Source: the human T2T-CHM13v2.0 reference genome, Homo sapiens. Taken from it: 64,000 nucleotides of DNA. Below, piece after piece: positions 16,050 to 32,593 of the stretch (its first letter is position 1; each line of letters starts with the position of its first letter). Where the stretch lies: assembly GCF_009914755.1 (NCBI RefSeq), contig NC_060926.1. One strand, written 5' to 3'. The notes beneath the pieces are model-generated. The model saw only the letters and a program-made list of their open reading frames with translations, was not told where the DNA came from and did no database searches. Both the position numbers and the translations under genes were made by a program.

Positions 16050-16941
16050 AATTCCCCTCATCCCCTCTCCTACCTGAGTTGGCTGCCTGCACAAGACAAT
16101 GCTACCCTGCAGATTATAAGATTAAATTTTTGGACCCCACTTATTATTACTATATTTTAGCATGATCTACTTTTCAGTTTAAAAGGAGCCAGAAAGAGTA
16201 CTGAAGTGAATACATACTGAATTTCAGAACTGAATTTGGTTCATCAGGTACCACTCATCTAGTAATATTAAGCTTCTAATAGCAAGGAAATAAAAACACT
16301 TTTAGAGTGTGATTTGTTTCTAACACAACAAAATGGAAACCAATGGAAGTTTTGGAAACATTCTTAGTAGCATGGTATAACAAAGATTAAAAGCTGATAA
16401 ATAAATGGGAGTAGAGAATTTAAGAACTCTCATTTTCCCTTATTAAAAGCAAAGTATTTAACTCCCAGTTGCCAATTAAAGATAAATGGGGAATCAGTAT
16501 TTTTTGGCCTTTATTCTAAGACTTCTAATTTTCAGTATTTTTAACTGTATTAATATCTGGATGTCTCTGAGGTCGTATGTATGCAGCAGCACAAAAAATA
16601 GTCACAAGATTATGAAATCAGAAACCAGAATTCAAATCCCACAATGTTAGAGCCTACAAGTAACATAAGTGTGTAACACCGTGCAAGTCACAAATGTCTC
16701 TGAACTTTAGTTTCCTTGTATGTCAGTGGGAATAAAACTAATCTCTTACAGTTCCTAAACACAGCCCAATACAGTAGGTTTCCAATAAATGTTTTCTTCC
16801 CATTCTCATTAACAAAATACAAAAGGAAAAATATAATATATATATGCTAATATGTTACCATTTTACTCCCTATATGATTCTTAGGTACCAAAGCAGCGCT
16901 AACAGCAAAGAAATAAAAATCACAACACAATTCTTACTTAC

Positions 16942-17149
16942 CCTTGAGGGCTGAGATCTAAAGAATCATCCCTGCTGTGCTGCAAGCTGGGTGATCCCAA
17001 GTCAGCTGCAGCATGAGTGGCAGCTGTGGCTGTCCCACTGCTGACTGAAGTTGTGGATCCCATGGATCCCGATCCATTCGTACATGCCTTTGGTGGACTT
17101 GTCAACAAAGACTCTGATTCTGCTAAGTGTTTTACTTGATGCATTACAC
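16942..17149 (-). CDS. TRIP12: TRIP12 exon, [10 protein letters not shown]...LDLSPQG
   Basis: ataaag|GT...AGG|gtaagt; 208 nt. Confidence 0.96.
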
Positions 17150-17887
17150 CTTTATAATAACAGAGATGAAAGGGAGTCAGTTTTAATCAGGAGTAGAACC
17201 TTCTCCCCACCATTACAAAATCCCTAAATACCAACACTGACATAATACACAAAAAGACTAAAACATAACTGGCAAATAGGTAAAAGAAATTAGGAGCCAG
17301 AGTTTTCAACTTGACTTCAATCAGAAAAAAATATAAAAACTAAAGGTTAAAGAAAAATACTGATATTGAATGTCTTCTAATCTTCAAAACCAGATTATAT
17401 AAAACTTAATAGGGTCACAAAGTCCTATTCAGAGTTCAAAATACTCATTATAAAAACAATAATCAACTACAGAAATACAGTGCACACCCTGTGGTGTGAC
17501 AGCCAGAAGGGATGGAAAAGACCAAGAATCAGTTAACTTCAAGTGCTACAAAAAGACAAGATCACATTAACACTGCCACCAAAAAAAAAACCAGCTATTG
17601 AAGGGTGGGAACTATCACATCCTTTAAGGTGTGTAAAGAGAGCTAAACATTAACTTGTGAGGCAGGGGTTCCTATCTGTCCCGGAATCATAGGAGAGTAT
17701 GTATGAAGGAGTGTGACTAAGAACTATCAAATTGTATACCAATATGCATGTCTGATTATCAGCTAGTATAAACTATATGCAAATATGTGGATATATTTAA
17801 CGTGAGTGAATGAGCACACGTTCACATTTTTCTGGGGAAGAGTCCACGGCTTCTATCATTCTATCAGACTCTTATTAAAAGACAAAC

Positions 17888-18149
<262 letters not shown>

Positions 18150-18249
18150 TAAATGTCATTTTTAAATTGAAAAGCTATCAGTTTTTGCTCGACAGATTAA
18201 AACTTTATTTCTGTTGAAGTACTATCTAGACTAAATGACTATTAATTTA

Positions 18250-18447
<198 letters not shown>

Positions 18448-18621
18448 TTAAATTGAGAGCAAAGCATTTTCATTGTGAAACCATTCTATTAACATAAACA
18501 TTTTTCTTAAATGCTCAAGTTTTATATTTTATAAAAGCTATTATGTGAATATAAATAGACAAAAAAGAGCTCAAGATACTCCTAACAAATTTTTGTGCAT
18601 ATTTTTTCTATTATTACTTTA

Positions 18622-18993
<372 letters not shown>

Positions 18994-19583
18994 TCAAGCC
19001 AGTGTAATTCTTGAAATGCTATGAAAACTTTTTCATTATAGAACACATGAACTTCTATGATATGATCAACTAGGATTTACAAAGATGCTAAAGGCAACAT
19101 TAAGACAGACAAAATTCAGCTGTCTAGAAAACTAGTGACCCATTGGGGCCAGCTGAAAGTAACAATTCATCACCGCACTGTACCTCTTTATTTTACTGAT
19201 ATACATTCAATGAAACAATAGGGAAATCCAATCCTAACCAACCAAACCAGTGGTAAGAAACTGAGTTCTAGAAATGCACCATATTTCACTAAAAGCTTTG
19301 TAAAATGGATAAAGAAGGTAATTCTACCACTTTGCTTAGTGACATAAAGTGTAAGGAAAAGATAACTGATAAGCAGTAAGTTATATACAAGGGGTTGACA
19401 AAGTACGGTCTGTAAGCCGAATCCAGTCCACCACCGGTTTTTGTAAATATAATTTTATTAGAACGCAGCCATGTACATTTGTTCACATATTGTATATGGC
19501 TAATTGAGGGCTACAATGGCAATGGTGGTGAGTATAGACTATATATAACCTGCAACACTTATATTATTTACTATCTGGCCCTT

Positions 19584-19893
<310 letters not shown>

Positions 19894-19911
19894 ACTACCT
19901 GGCCCTTTTCA

Positions 19912-19947
<36 letters not shown>
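19912..19947. repeat. (AAC)n microsatellite
   Basis: About 12 AAC units. Confidence 0.9.
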
Positions 19948-20428
19948 AAATATTTGCAGACCACTGTTCTCTAAACTAGGGCTGAAAAAGCAATGAACTA
20001 AATCCCTGAGGGGACAGATAAATGTCAGAAACCTGGTTTTGTTTTGTTTTGTTTTTTTAATCACAATTATCTGTCCTTAATTAGTTCAGATAATTTTGGC
20101 AGGAAGGTATAAAATACAAGGTTGGAAAGAACTAGTCAATGGATCTAAAGGTATAATAGTAATGACAGGATCAGATAAAAATCTGTATGAGCAAATTCTG
20201 ACTCGAATCTCAGGACATCAGGTAAGCAGACAAATTGTGGAAAAGATACCAGTTAATACTGGCTCACTCATCCATTAATGGACATGATTTAAAAAATCGA
20301 AAACCAAATTATTGTTATGCAATTGTCTTAAGCTTAAAAAGATACTTAATAAGCCAATTATTATTTATTATGCAAACACAAAATATTGCACAATAGTATA
20401 GTGCTATTTTAACTCAGAATGTACTTAC

Positions 20429-20582
20429 TAGTGTTACTATTGGCTAACGGGTTAGGTTTTCTCTGAATGGCACGTGCTGTTCCCGTGTCCTCATTGATTT
20501 GCTGCATAGAATTAAAATCAATAGTATAAACTCGTCCCAGAGTGGACAAGCTTATCTCATCCTCACCGACCTGATGGGCTGC
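20429..20582 (-). CDS. TRIP12: TRIP12 exon, WWE C-terminal half ([27 protein letters not shown])QINEDTG...; alternative acceptor at 20501
   Basis: ctctcag|GCA or atgcag|CAA; donor CTA|gtaagt; 154 or 73 nt. Confidence 0.94.
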
Positions 20583-22310
20583 CTGAGAGCAAAGAGAGAG
20601 AAACTTTGAATATAAACATTGAGAAATCTATTACCTTAAGACACAGTGGGGACCCTCCAAATATGCTATCTTACATATTTATTTCAACAGGTTTTAGATG
20701 GTGAAGTTAACAGAAGATGGAATAATAGTGTAGATATGACAAAACTCATTCATTCAACAAATCATTTTTAATTAGACATAGGTTACATGCCTCAAGCCTT
20801 ATCAGGGACCCTTAGACATAAATGCAGGTAAAATCTTGATGAAAGATCCACCTGTGTAGCATCACTGACACAAAGAAGACACCATTTGTATTGAGAATGC
20901 TTTTAAGACATTGCTTATAAAAAATCAGTTATCCATATATCTTAGTATTCTTAGATTAAAAATATTATTTACATGATGAATTCTTAGCGACCTACCAAAA
21001 TCCTCCCTTAAACAAAATGATCCTATAAAATTGTCCTCATTAAACAAAGATAACTTTAAGACTGAAAGGGACACAACTGAAACAGATTAATCGCCAAGGT
21101 TGTGTGTGGTATACAGAACATATTTAAATTGACACAGTTCAATTAGCACAGTTTGACTTTAAACAGACTACAGAAGTGACAAAATATTCTCATTACAGAA
21201 TCCAATCTATGGAACTCCTAGGCTGAATGGAAGACAAGACTCTCAGCACATATGAGAGAGTAAGCTAATAGTGAAGGTGCAATGATCAGGAAAATGCTAA
21301 AAAGAAGACGACTTAGAGTTAGAGACCAGGACCACTATTAGCAGGATTGGCCTGCTTATACACTGCTTATATATAATGCTGCACAGAAGACCAGTCAAAG
21401 TCAATTTTCTCATAAAAGCTTGCTCTGAAACTGGATTTATTTTTAAAACTCTTGATTTTATGAGGTAAGTCATTGGTTTAAAATTTTTTCTAAAATTCAT
21501 TTTTAGAAACGAACTAGAAGGCACCTTTAAAGAAGACTGTCTATTCAAAATGTGTGATGTTCTAAAAAGAATTCAAACATCAAAGATTGAAATTAGAAAA
21601 TAGATAAATTCTTACAGGTGTCTCATGTATTGAAAATAGTAAATTATGCATGGCATCACAAATAACACAGTGATCAACACCTCCTAAGCTAGAGCAAATA
21701 TTATGCTCATTTAGTTTTAAAAATATTTCAGTGCAAACAATATATAAGGAAGTAAAAATAAAAATCACATAAAACTGTCACAGAAAATCACTGTCAACAT
21801 TTTGGTACATTCCTCCCCTTTGTATTATTCATATGTTCACTTATTTTGCTGAATTCCAAAAAGATTCACTTAATATTGTATAGTGTTTTTCATTCATATT
21901 TGATTTTATATCATTAAAATTTGTCCCAATAATATCTGGATAACATACAAGCCTACGTGTATCACAATTTACTTAACTATTTACCCAGAACTGGCTATTT
22001 CATTTGTTTCCACGTTTCTGCTCTGGAAAAATATTGAGAGGAAACTATTTGTATGTAAATCTTTGCTCATGGGACATTGCTTTCTGATAGAAGATAGATA
22101 AATTTTAGAAACCTACGGCCTAAGTCTTCCAATGTTTCCTTTCAGAAATGAGGAAACTATGGAACAACAAACTTAAATTACTTGCTCCAAGTCAATCAGG
22201 TAGTTAGCAGCAGAAGCAGGACTAGAACATGAAGTTTTCTGACCTGAACAGAAATGAGGACCTTGTTCTCAGGAGACAAAATGAGAGAATCTTGAGTTAA
22301 TTCAAAATCA

Positions 22311-22616
<306 letters not shown>

Positions 22617-22672
22617 TTAGGTCTCTAAAGAAAAATAATCTCACACAAACCAAAAGTTGTATTTAGACCAAT

Positions 22673-22930
22673 TTTTTTTTTGGAGACAGAGTCTCACTCT
22701 GTCGCCCAGGCTGGATGGCAGTGGCACGATCTCAGCTCACTGCAACCTCCGCCTCCCAGGTTCAAGCAATTTCTCCTGTCTTGGCCTCCCAAGCAGCTGG
22801 GATTACAGGCGCCCGCCACTACGCCCAGGTAATTTTTTGTATTTTTAGTAGAGACGGGTTTTCATCATGTTGGCCAGGCTGGTCTCGAACTCCTGACCTC
22901 GTGATTCACCCGCCTTGGCCTCCCAAAGTG
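22673..22930 (-). mobile_element. 5'-truncated Alu
   Basis: Antisense Alu ending at tcccaaagtg; TSD-like tatttag(a/c)ccaat. Confidence 0.9.
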
Positions 22931-22949
22931 ATATTTAGCCCAATCTTTA

Positions 22950-23120
<171 letters not shown>

Positions 23121-24777
23121 TCATTCAAAGGCAAACATTGCCCAAGGGGGGAAAATAATCAGAATCATTTTCTTACAAAGCAACATAATGCAGAAATTAA
23201 TGTAAAAAATGCAAAAGTGCTGTAATAAAGGCCTAAAAAAAATTTGTGTAGATTTTAACAATCTCTTTCTGGAGACTTCGTTCTTTAGTCCAAACCTAGC
23301 TGGGTGCCTAATCACAATTCCTTCTCACCCCTGAGACTTCAGGAACCCTTTATTTCTTTCCTTGAGAAGCATCGTACTTTGCACAAAAATGCATTCAACA
23401 TACCACAAATCAAATATATTTATGTACTTGTCTTCAATTCAAATATACTGAAAATATGTGGCCCATAGTATAAAACGTTAACAATTAAATGTAACTGAAT
23501 CTTATTGTATTGTGATCAGGAAAATCACTACCTAAGCAACACTGATTACATGCAAACTTGATACAAGGATCAGGCAGGCATTCTCTACTGTAAGTTTCCA
23601 TTCCCAGAAGACATCATTTTCTGGAGGACTCTGCGTGATAACCACGCAGATGTGCTGACACTGTGAGTGGAGGGAACTCTCAGTCTCTACCGTTTAGTCA
23701 GTCTAAACCTAAGGAAAGCTGAAACCTAAAGACACAGCTGGGTCTTTGCTGATTGTGTGTGTGTTCCTGTAAATATTATACATATGCAAAATATACATAA
23801 ACATTTTATTAGAATGTTTTGCCAATAATCAGTAAGTTCTGTTATCAAGAAAAATATTCATTAATGATTTGGGCAGAGATGTGGATAGTGAACTGCCTGC
23901 CACACAGAATTTCACAATTAGTGATTAAGATTTTTTTTTTAATTACAGTTTTGCAACTTTATAGAGAAGTTTGAATACATGGTATGCTGCATTATAAGGA
24001 TTTTATTTTTTTTAGAAGTCAAGGGATGACAACAAAATAGAGACAGATAGAAGAGGCCTACATTTCCTTTTATAGGGTTATTACAGTAAACAACTATGGT
24101 GACCTCCATATGATAAACATGTGGTAAACTGCCTGGAGCATGCAAAAGAGGTGAACATATACTAAAAGAAAAAAAATGTTAAAACAAAAGGCAGGCAGCA
24201 ATTTCCCAAACTAGTATTTAGGGATGTGCTGTAACAAAACATACATTAACAAGAAATAATCTCTCTTACATGATTCAGGAAATGTTGGGATAAGCAAGGT
24301 TCAAAGAACTCCTAGAGACTTTAGTAAGTAAAATGAATTGCGGATACTCAAGAAAGAGTTGAACCTTTCCCAATCTTATTTAGGGAAAGAGCACTTTCTT
24401 CAGGACCACTCAAAATAGGGTTGTCTGGAATACCAAGTTTGGAAAAGACTCAATGCTTTACGGAGAATCTTTCCAAGTAGCCACCTCAACATTATTTTTC
24501 TACAAAGTTCTGTGCCAATGTGTTAATTCACAAGAAAAGCAACTAAATATAAAACTGAGTTCCCCTAAAATGAAAATACTATACTGCTAAATATACTGTC
24601 TCAGACAGTACGAGACCACTCAGACAGAGTGGGACCAAAGACCATTTTATCAGTTAATATCATCACTGACTCCCAAGGTAACATCCATAGAGATTAGAAT
24701 TATGGCTATGAAATTACAAACAATTAAAGGTATTCTATACAAAAGTGATCAATACTCTACTAGAACTAATCATAACA

Positions 24778-24919
24778 GCCAGGTGTGATGGCTCATGCCT
24801 ATAATCCTAGTACTATGGGAGGCCAAGGCGGGAGGAAGGCCTGAGGCCAGGACTTCAAGAACAGCCTAGGCAATACAGTGAGACCTTGTCTCTGCAAAAA
24901 GTTAAAAAGAAGAAAAAAA
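24778..24919 (+). mobile_element. FLAM-type Alu monomer
   Basis: Left-arm Alu plus A tail. Confidence 0.85.
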
Positions 24920-25552
24920 TTATAACGTATAGATGTTGTCTGATGCCCCACCATTCTCTGACATCAACTTAAGTCTAAGGATTGAGAGAGGAATGGTCAA
25001 CTGCAAGAGCATTGCAATAAAATTTTATTTCCCACACACTGTGTAAAGGTTTAGAAATACCTTTCTAAATTTGAAAGGTTTAATTTGAAAGGTCTAAATT
25101 TGAAAAGGTTTAGAAATACCAAATTAGCAAACATCAGAGACATTCATCAGTATAAATACATTCCTACTTTTTGAGGGAAGACAGCATTCTGGAATCAGAA
25201 AAATTGCTAGAAAATCTAACATGGGCAGAAAAAGCAACCTATATAAGCTGAAGACAGCTGGTTATTGGTTAACATAAAACTCAGAATTCTCCTAATCAAG
25301 GATGGTTACATGACTAACATGGCATAGATATTAATGACTTTGTATTGTTAGCCCCAGAAACACCAAGGGCAAACATTTAATTTATACTTTAAAAGGAGTA
25401 TGTTAGAAACATTAACATACTGTCCCAACACAAATTTATTACATATTAACACTTTTCTTTACTATCCAATGCCTATAATATTAGTAATCTCTTCCATTTG
25501 CTCGGCTTATGTTGACTTTACATATTAATGAAGAACCAACTTTTCCTGCTTA

Positions 25553-25777
<225 letters not shown>

Positions 25778-25834
25778 TCAAGATTCAGCAATTCAACAAC
25801 CTCATAAAAATACTACCAAAGACTAAACACTTAC

Positions 25835-25903
25835 CTCCTCATGCTGGAAGTTGTCCACTAGGCGTGCAAAACAAAGGCAAGTGCTTTCTACTGACTTTTT
25901 ATC
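25835..25903 (-). CDS. TRIP12: TRIP12 ARM exon, DKKSVESTCLCFARLVDNFQHEE
   Basis: aaatag|GAT...GAG|gtaagt; 69 nt. Confidence 0.96.
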
Positions 25904-26782
25904 CTATTTTTTTAATAAAGGAAAATAAAATTTATTAGCATAAAGCATTTTCACTGTCATGTATCACTACTTTATCTTCCTCCTAACCCCAGATTCTTCA
26001 AGGCAAGCTCAATTAGTAAATGACAGCTTTGAAAATGCAAATGGGCCTAAGCAAGGTACAGTCAGTAACATCACAATTTCAAAACAAACAGGAAACAAAC
26101 CAACCTCTCTCTTGTATAAAGGCCCCTACTAGATAAAAGCAAATACACAGAAAAGGAAGAACTATTATGCTTACACAATCTCAATACCTAAACAAATGTT
26201 ATACTAAAGAAATATATAAATATCCTACTTTCCTTTAAAACCATTACAAGTAGAAATGTTTAAGTGGGTACACACTAAAAAGTTAGAAAAAGGAAAGTTG
26301 CGAGAACCAGAGGTTTCTTGACAATGTTAAAAATAGGGCATAGACTTGCAATATTCACTATAAAAACAAATAATTCACTATGAAAAAGTTACACTATGAA
26401 AACAATTTGCCATATTTGTCATAAAAACAGAGTGGCATCACTGACAAAACATTTGAAATAAGTGTCATAAAAAGAAGGGAAAGAATGTTTTACTGGCTAA
26501 TGTTTTGATAGATCTTGATTTTTCCTAACTTGAAAGTGGAATTTTCATATGTAAAAATTAGACTTGTTTCTACAAAAATGAGAATAATTCAGATATTATA
26601 AAAGCCTATAGCCTAAACCTTCACTGACACTACATAAATCAAGAAAGAGTGCTACAAATTGTGACTATTTAAGTTCTCTAATTCTTTTATCTTATTTCTA
26701 AAGAATATCATATGGAACTGATTATCACATAACAGAGAACACGCTTTTAGACTACAGAAAAGATTATCTCAACTATGTTTTT

Positions 26783-27080
26783 ATTTATTTATTATTATTA
26801 TTTTTGAGACAGAGTTTCGCTCTTGTTACCCAGGCTGGAGTGCAATGGCACGATCTCAGCTCACTGCAAACCTCTGCCTCCCGAGATCAAGCGATCCTCC
26901 TGCCTCAGCCTCCTGAGTAGCTGGGATGGACCACCACACCCGGCTAATTTTTTATTTTTAGTACAGATGGGGTTTCAGCATGTTGGTCAGGCTGGTCTCT
27001 AACTCTTGACCTCAGGTGATCCACCTGCCTTGGCCTCCCAAAGTGCTGGGATTACAGGTGCGAGTCACTGTGCCCCCAGC
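26783..27080 (-). mobile_element. AluS
   Basis: Antisense Alu; TSD caactatgttttt. Confidence 0.93.
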
Positions 27081-27222
27081 CAACTATGTTTTTTAAAAAT
27101 AAACACATAAACAGATTTTTAAAAAATGAATAGTACTACTTTGTCTTGATCATTTTAGAAGCAAAAGGCTCTAGAGTGATTCAATGATCACTACTATTTT
27201 ATCTTACATAAATCCCTTATTT

Positions 27223-27530
27223 GGTCGGGTGCCATGGCTTAGGCCTGTAATCCCAGCACTTTGGGAGGCTGAGACAGGTGGATCACTTGAGTGCAGGAGT
27301 TTGAGACCAGCCTGGCCAACATGGCGAAACCCTGTCTCTACTAAAAACACAAAAATTAGCTGGGCGTGGTGGCACGCAACTGTAATCCCAGCTATTCAGG
27401 AGGCTGAGGCAGAAGAATCGCTTGAACCAGGGAGGCAGAGGCTGCAGTGAGATCACGCCACTGCACTTCAGCCTGGGCAACAGAGTAAGACTCAGTCTCA
27501 AAAACAAAAACAAAACAGAACAAAAAAAAA
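27223..27530 (+). mobile_element. AluS
   Basis: Full Alu dimer plus tail. Confidence 0.93.
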
Positions 27531-28193
27531 TTCCTAAATTGTTTAAAAATATTTTTATGAACCTATTTTCCCTGGGTTAGCCACACTTTGTAATGGCAAT
27601 TTTAAAGCCAGGTTTCTAGAAATATCTTTAGCAATAACAAACAACGCTTTAAAATATTTCTCTGTAGCTAAAAAAAAATTCAATTTCTCCATAGCCTTGA
27701 AGCTGTACTCACAATTTGTCCTCACCATCCCCGGCCCATAAACCCTGCTTTTCACACTGTTATCATCAGGTCCATTGATTCTGCCACCTAGATAATCACT
27801 TTTGCTCTTCTCCAACCCCAGATAGCCACAAACTACATTTTTCATTTCTGTTTGGGACATAGTCTAGTCTCTCTTCTGGTCTTAACCCATATTCTCCTGC
27901 TCCCATCTGCCTCCTCCAATGCCTCTCAAGAAAGAGTAATCTTTTCAGAAGGAACTTCTGATCATATCACAGAGTAAACACTCAATGTTTGCTGAAATAA
28001 CAAAGCCATCCCTTAAAAGTCAAAATTGTTAAAGTCATCAAACATATGAATTACTATTCATTTGAATAAATCTACCAAAATTTTATAAAATAACCTAATA
28101 TGGCACATAACTGGATAAAAATAAAAAATATCAGAACATTTTCGATTATATATGCAGTTAAAGATTTAAAATACTAATTGAAATTGTCATTTA

Positions 28194-28730
<537 letters not shown>

Positions 28731-28931
28731 CTAAAATATAGAAAACTGTTAAGGTAAAGAAAAATCCTTTATCAGCAATAAAAAATAATTTAACTCATAA
28801 AAAGTCTAGCACATTACTCTGGAAACAACATTTGTATCTTACAAAAACTGCAATCAAGTAGCCTGTACAAATGTGGATTTTAAAAATTCTACATAAAGTG
28901 AAATGTAGTCCCCTTCAGTAACAACACTTAC

Positions 28932-29024
28932 CGCCTGTAGAATGGCTTTACTATGTCTCCGTGACAACATCTCCAAGGCAGTCAAGGCCTGCTCTGCCAC
29001 ATCAATACACTGAATAACTTGCAG
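28932..29024 (-). CDS. TRIP12: TRIP12 ARM exon, [12 protein letters not shown]...KAILQA
   Basis: ttcccag|CTG...GCG|gtaagt; 93 nt. Confidence 0.97.
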
Positions 29025-29638
29025 CTGGGAACATATATATAGTTACCATAAGGTTATCATTTAAGTTCTTTCCCAATAACTTATCTTCTACATATTTTCT
29101 CTAATTTACATCCATGTATACTATCTCTAACATGTAACCCACCATAGGATGCAAGTCACTTAGCAGCTTAAGCTACAAAGTATAGCCAAAACAGTTTCCT
29201 TCTAACCAGTTTGCAGTTCTAAGATACTGAAAAATATGTTTTACATAATAAACCAAACCCAATTACATAACTTTTAAATCTTCAGATTTAAAATAGATGA
29301 GTTGTTTTACACAACAAAATTTTAAAATCAGATTTTAACTTTACACCATACTGCAAGTTTATCAGATAAAGCAAATTTTGTTGTGCGTTAAACAAACAAA
29401 AAGGTCCGTAAGACAGACCAAAAACACAATTTACTAGAAACCATATGAAAATTTCTATTCCCCACTGATTCAACTTTCTCAGCTACATAATGAGGGTATA
29501 AATAGCTATCAACCTCACTGGCATGTTTTCTAGAAATTAGATTATTTTTAATCAAGTACTTTAAAGTTCTTCTCTGAAAGTTATTATATTAATGTGCTAA
29601 TTATTACTAAAAATTACAAAACTAGGCTGATTCTATCA

Positions 29639-29893
<255 letters not shown>

Positions 29894-29971
29894 CTAGAAA
29901 AGAAGAGATTTTAATGAGTAAAAACTCAAAACTTAAATATACACCATTAAAAAAATACAATATATACTTAC

Positions 29972-30007
29972 AATATCAAAATTGTGCTCCATCTGAAGTA
30001 ACGTAAT
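29972..30007 (-). CDS. TRIP12: TRIP12 36-nt mini-exon, ITLLQMEHNFDI
   Basis: tttaacag|ATT...ATT|gtaagt; 36 nt. Confidence 0.95.
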
Positions 30008-32279
30008 CTGTTAAAAAGATAACAAAATATTAGAAGCTATATTCCTTGGGAAAATCCTAGAGGTATTTCTTCCTCTTCTATTTGAACTTCAACTGAAATG
30101 GAAGTATTATTCCTAACTTTTACCACACAAAAATAACTTTAAGATAAAACCTAGTAGGCGTTCACAGAAATGATTACACTCAGGATGGTTCATCACACAC
30201 GGTGACTCCGACTTGAGTATGCTGCTAGATAACCATCACCTCGTGATACAGGTCACAAACAAAGCCTTCTTGTTACTTACAACCTATCCTTTTGGTAGCT
30301 CTAACCCCTTTCAGAAGCCTATTAATATATCCCTGAGGACTTACTAGTGCTAATAAATACTAGATACATAAATAAACAGGATCAGCAATGCACTGACATT
30401 TGTTAACAAATGTCAGCACAGATTCAGGACCATAACTTAAACTCTTGTGAACAAGCTTCTCTAAAACAGATAAGCACCATTTGACTCAGCTTTAAAATGT
30501 ACAGTAATATAGAATTTAAACATAAGATAGATCACATCAGAAACTAATTATGCACTAATTAAAGCCAAATTAATATAATTACTCCATATATGCATGAATA
30601 AGTTTAAATATCTGATTTCATTTTAGTTTTTCTTGTGGAAAAGATCTTAAGCAGATTTCAGGTATGTTTTTCTAATGAAGGAATGCAAAACTGCTGAGGA
30701 TACACACTCTGTCCTCTCGAAGCAGCTGAGTCACCAAAGAAATTTCCTCCTTGGGGATAAGACAGTCATTCACTGTCTTCTGGTTCAATGGAAATTTTTA
30801 AATGCACTGAATTGAAGCTTGTTAAGTACCCTTCAATTAAATTTATAATGACAACAACAAACATCAGATATTCTAACACCATACTCACTCAATATGAATG
30901 TCTTCTCAGCTGTGAATTGTGCTGGGTAAAGTATACCTACATACCAGAAGTCCTAAGGACTATTTTTGTTTAAAAGCACACACACAAACAGCATAACACA
31001 TACACACACTCCATTTCAGGACTTAAAAAAAAAAAAAAAACTATCAAATCACTTAATGTCAGTCACTTAAAACACTTAGTCTAATTTGAAAGGGGCTGTC
31101 ATGTTAAAAGAAAAAGTACTAAGTTCCCCAATTATTAAATAACCTTGTTATACTGTGTTTGGGAATGACTGATATAAACAGATACCCTTTCACCAAAAAT
31201 GGCTATTTATGTCACATGACTGTATTGTGATGAAGAGATATAAATAATATTCAACTGTGATAAAAGATATATCTGAAGAACTCATTAATAACAGCCATTA
31301 TTAATAGCGAGAGCATACTTGTGCAAGTCAATTAGGTACTTAAATCTAATTAACAACCAGCACATTAAGTAAAGTGAATTATGTGTCAACATTTCTGCCT
31401 AGACTTAATGGCTTCTTTATTTAACTAATAAAAACTAAATTTTAACTGTAGATAGTATAAGGTAAGCCTAGTTATTTGTTGCTAGTTCTTAGTGAACAAA
31501 CAACAATAACAATAAAACAAATGAAAGTTTGATTCAGGTCACAGAAGCCAGCTATTGAACAAATCAGCAAACTGAGAATGGACATTAACACAGGCAAAAT
31601 CTGAAAGTTGAAAGGTTAATAATATTGCTATTATGAAACACTCAGAAAGCAACATGTACAACTTTGACTAGAATGGAAATGATAAAATTTGATAACTGGC
31701 TTTTATTATCTGCATCTGGGTGGCAGGTGAAGAAATTGTTCTATCCTTTATCAAACTCTGCCAGAGCTGAGCCATCCAAATAAGAACAAGCAGAATAAGG
31801 ATTGTCACCTTGTATTTCACAGGCTTTTCTTTACTCAGCTCTCTCACCAAAACTCAAGCTATCTCCATAATTTGATAATCTCATCAAATGGGACAATATG
31901 ATGTATAAATCATAACTTCATTTTCTGTCAGCTTTACTGGATATACAAAAAAGATTTACATGGCATTTAACTGTAATTTCCAAAATAAAACATACCACAA
32001 ATGTAAATGTTTATGTTTGTCTTTTGGTAGTGTTTGATTTAGACTCAAATTTTAATCTTAAATTATACCTAATTTCTTTAATTTTGGACAAAGAAAATTA
32101 TCAATCCACTATTTAAATGCTGTATTGTGCTAAGGTGCCTACATTTGATAATGGCAATTTTTCTTCCTATTGTTTTCATATTTAAAAGTTTAAGGAATCA
32201 AGCTGTTAATAAATCTATCATATCAAAATATCAACTCACAACTGTGTTGAAAAGGCATTAAAAAGATTTTTTAAAGTCT

Positions 32280-32593
32280 TTTATTTCTTTTTCTGAGACA
32301 AGAGTTTTGCTCCTGTTGCCCAGGCTGGAGTGCAGTGGCGCGATCTTGGCTCACTGCAAGAGATTAGAGCGATTCTCTGCCTTCCAGGTTCAAGTGACTG
32401 TCCTGCCTCAGCCTCCTGAGTAGCTGAGATCTACAGGCACCTGCAACCATGCCCGGCTAATTTTTGTATTTTTAGTAGAGATGGGGTTTCACCATGTTGG
32501 CCAGCCTGGTCTCCAACTCCTGACCTCAGAAGATCCACCTACCTCGGTCTCCCAAAGTATTGGGATTACAGGCGTCAGACATTGCCACTGGCC
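32280..32593 (-). mobile_element. AluS with ~15-nt internal insertion
   Basis: Antisense Alu; extra gagattagagcgatt after ctcactgcaa. Confidence 0.9.

Noticed and set aside
29894-29971. 78-nt 3n intron as an in-frame retained intron
   Set aside because: In-frame TAA at codon 13.
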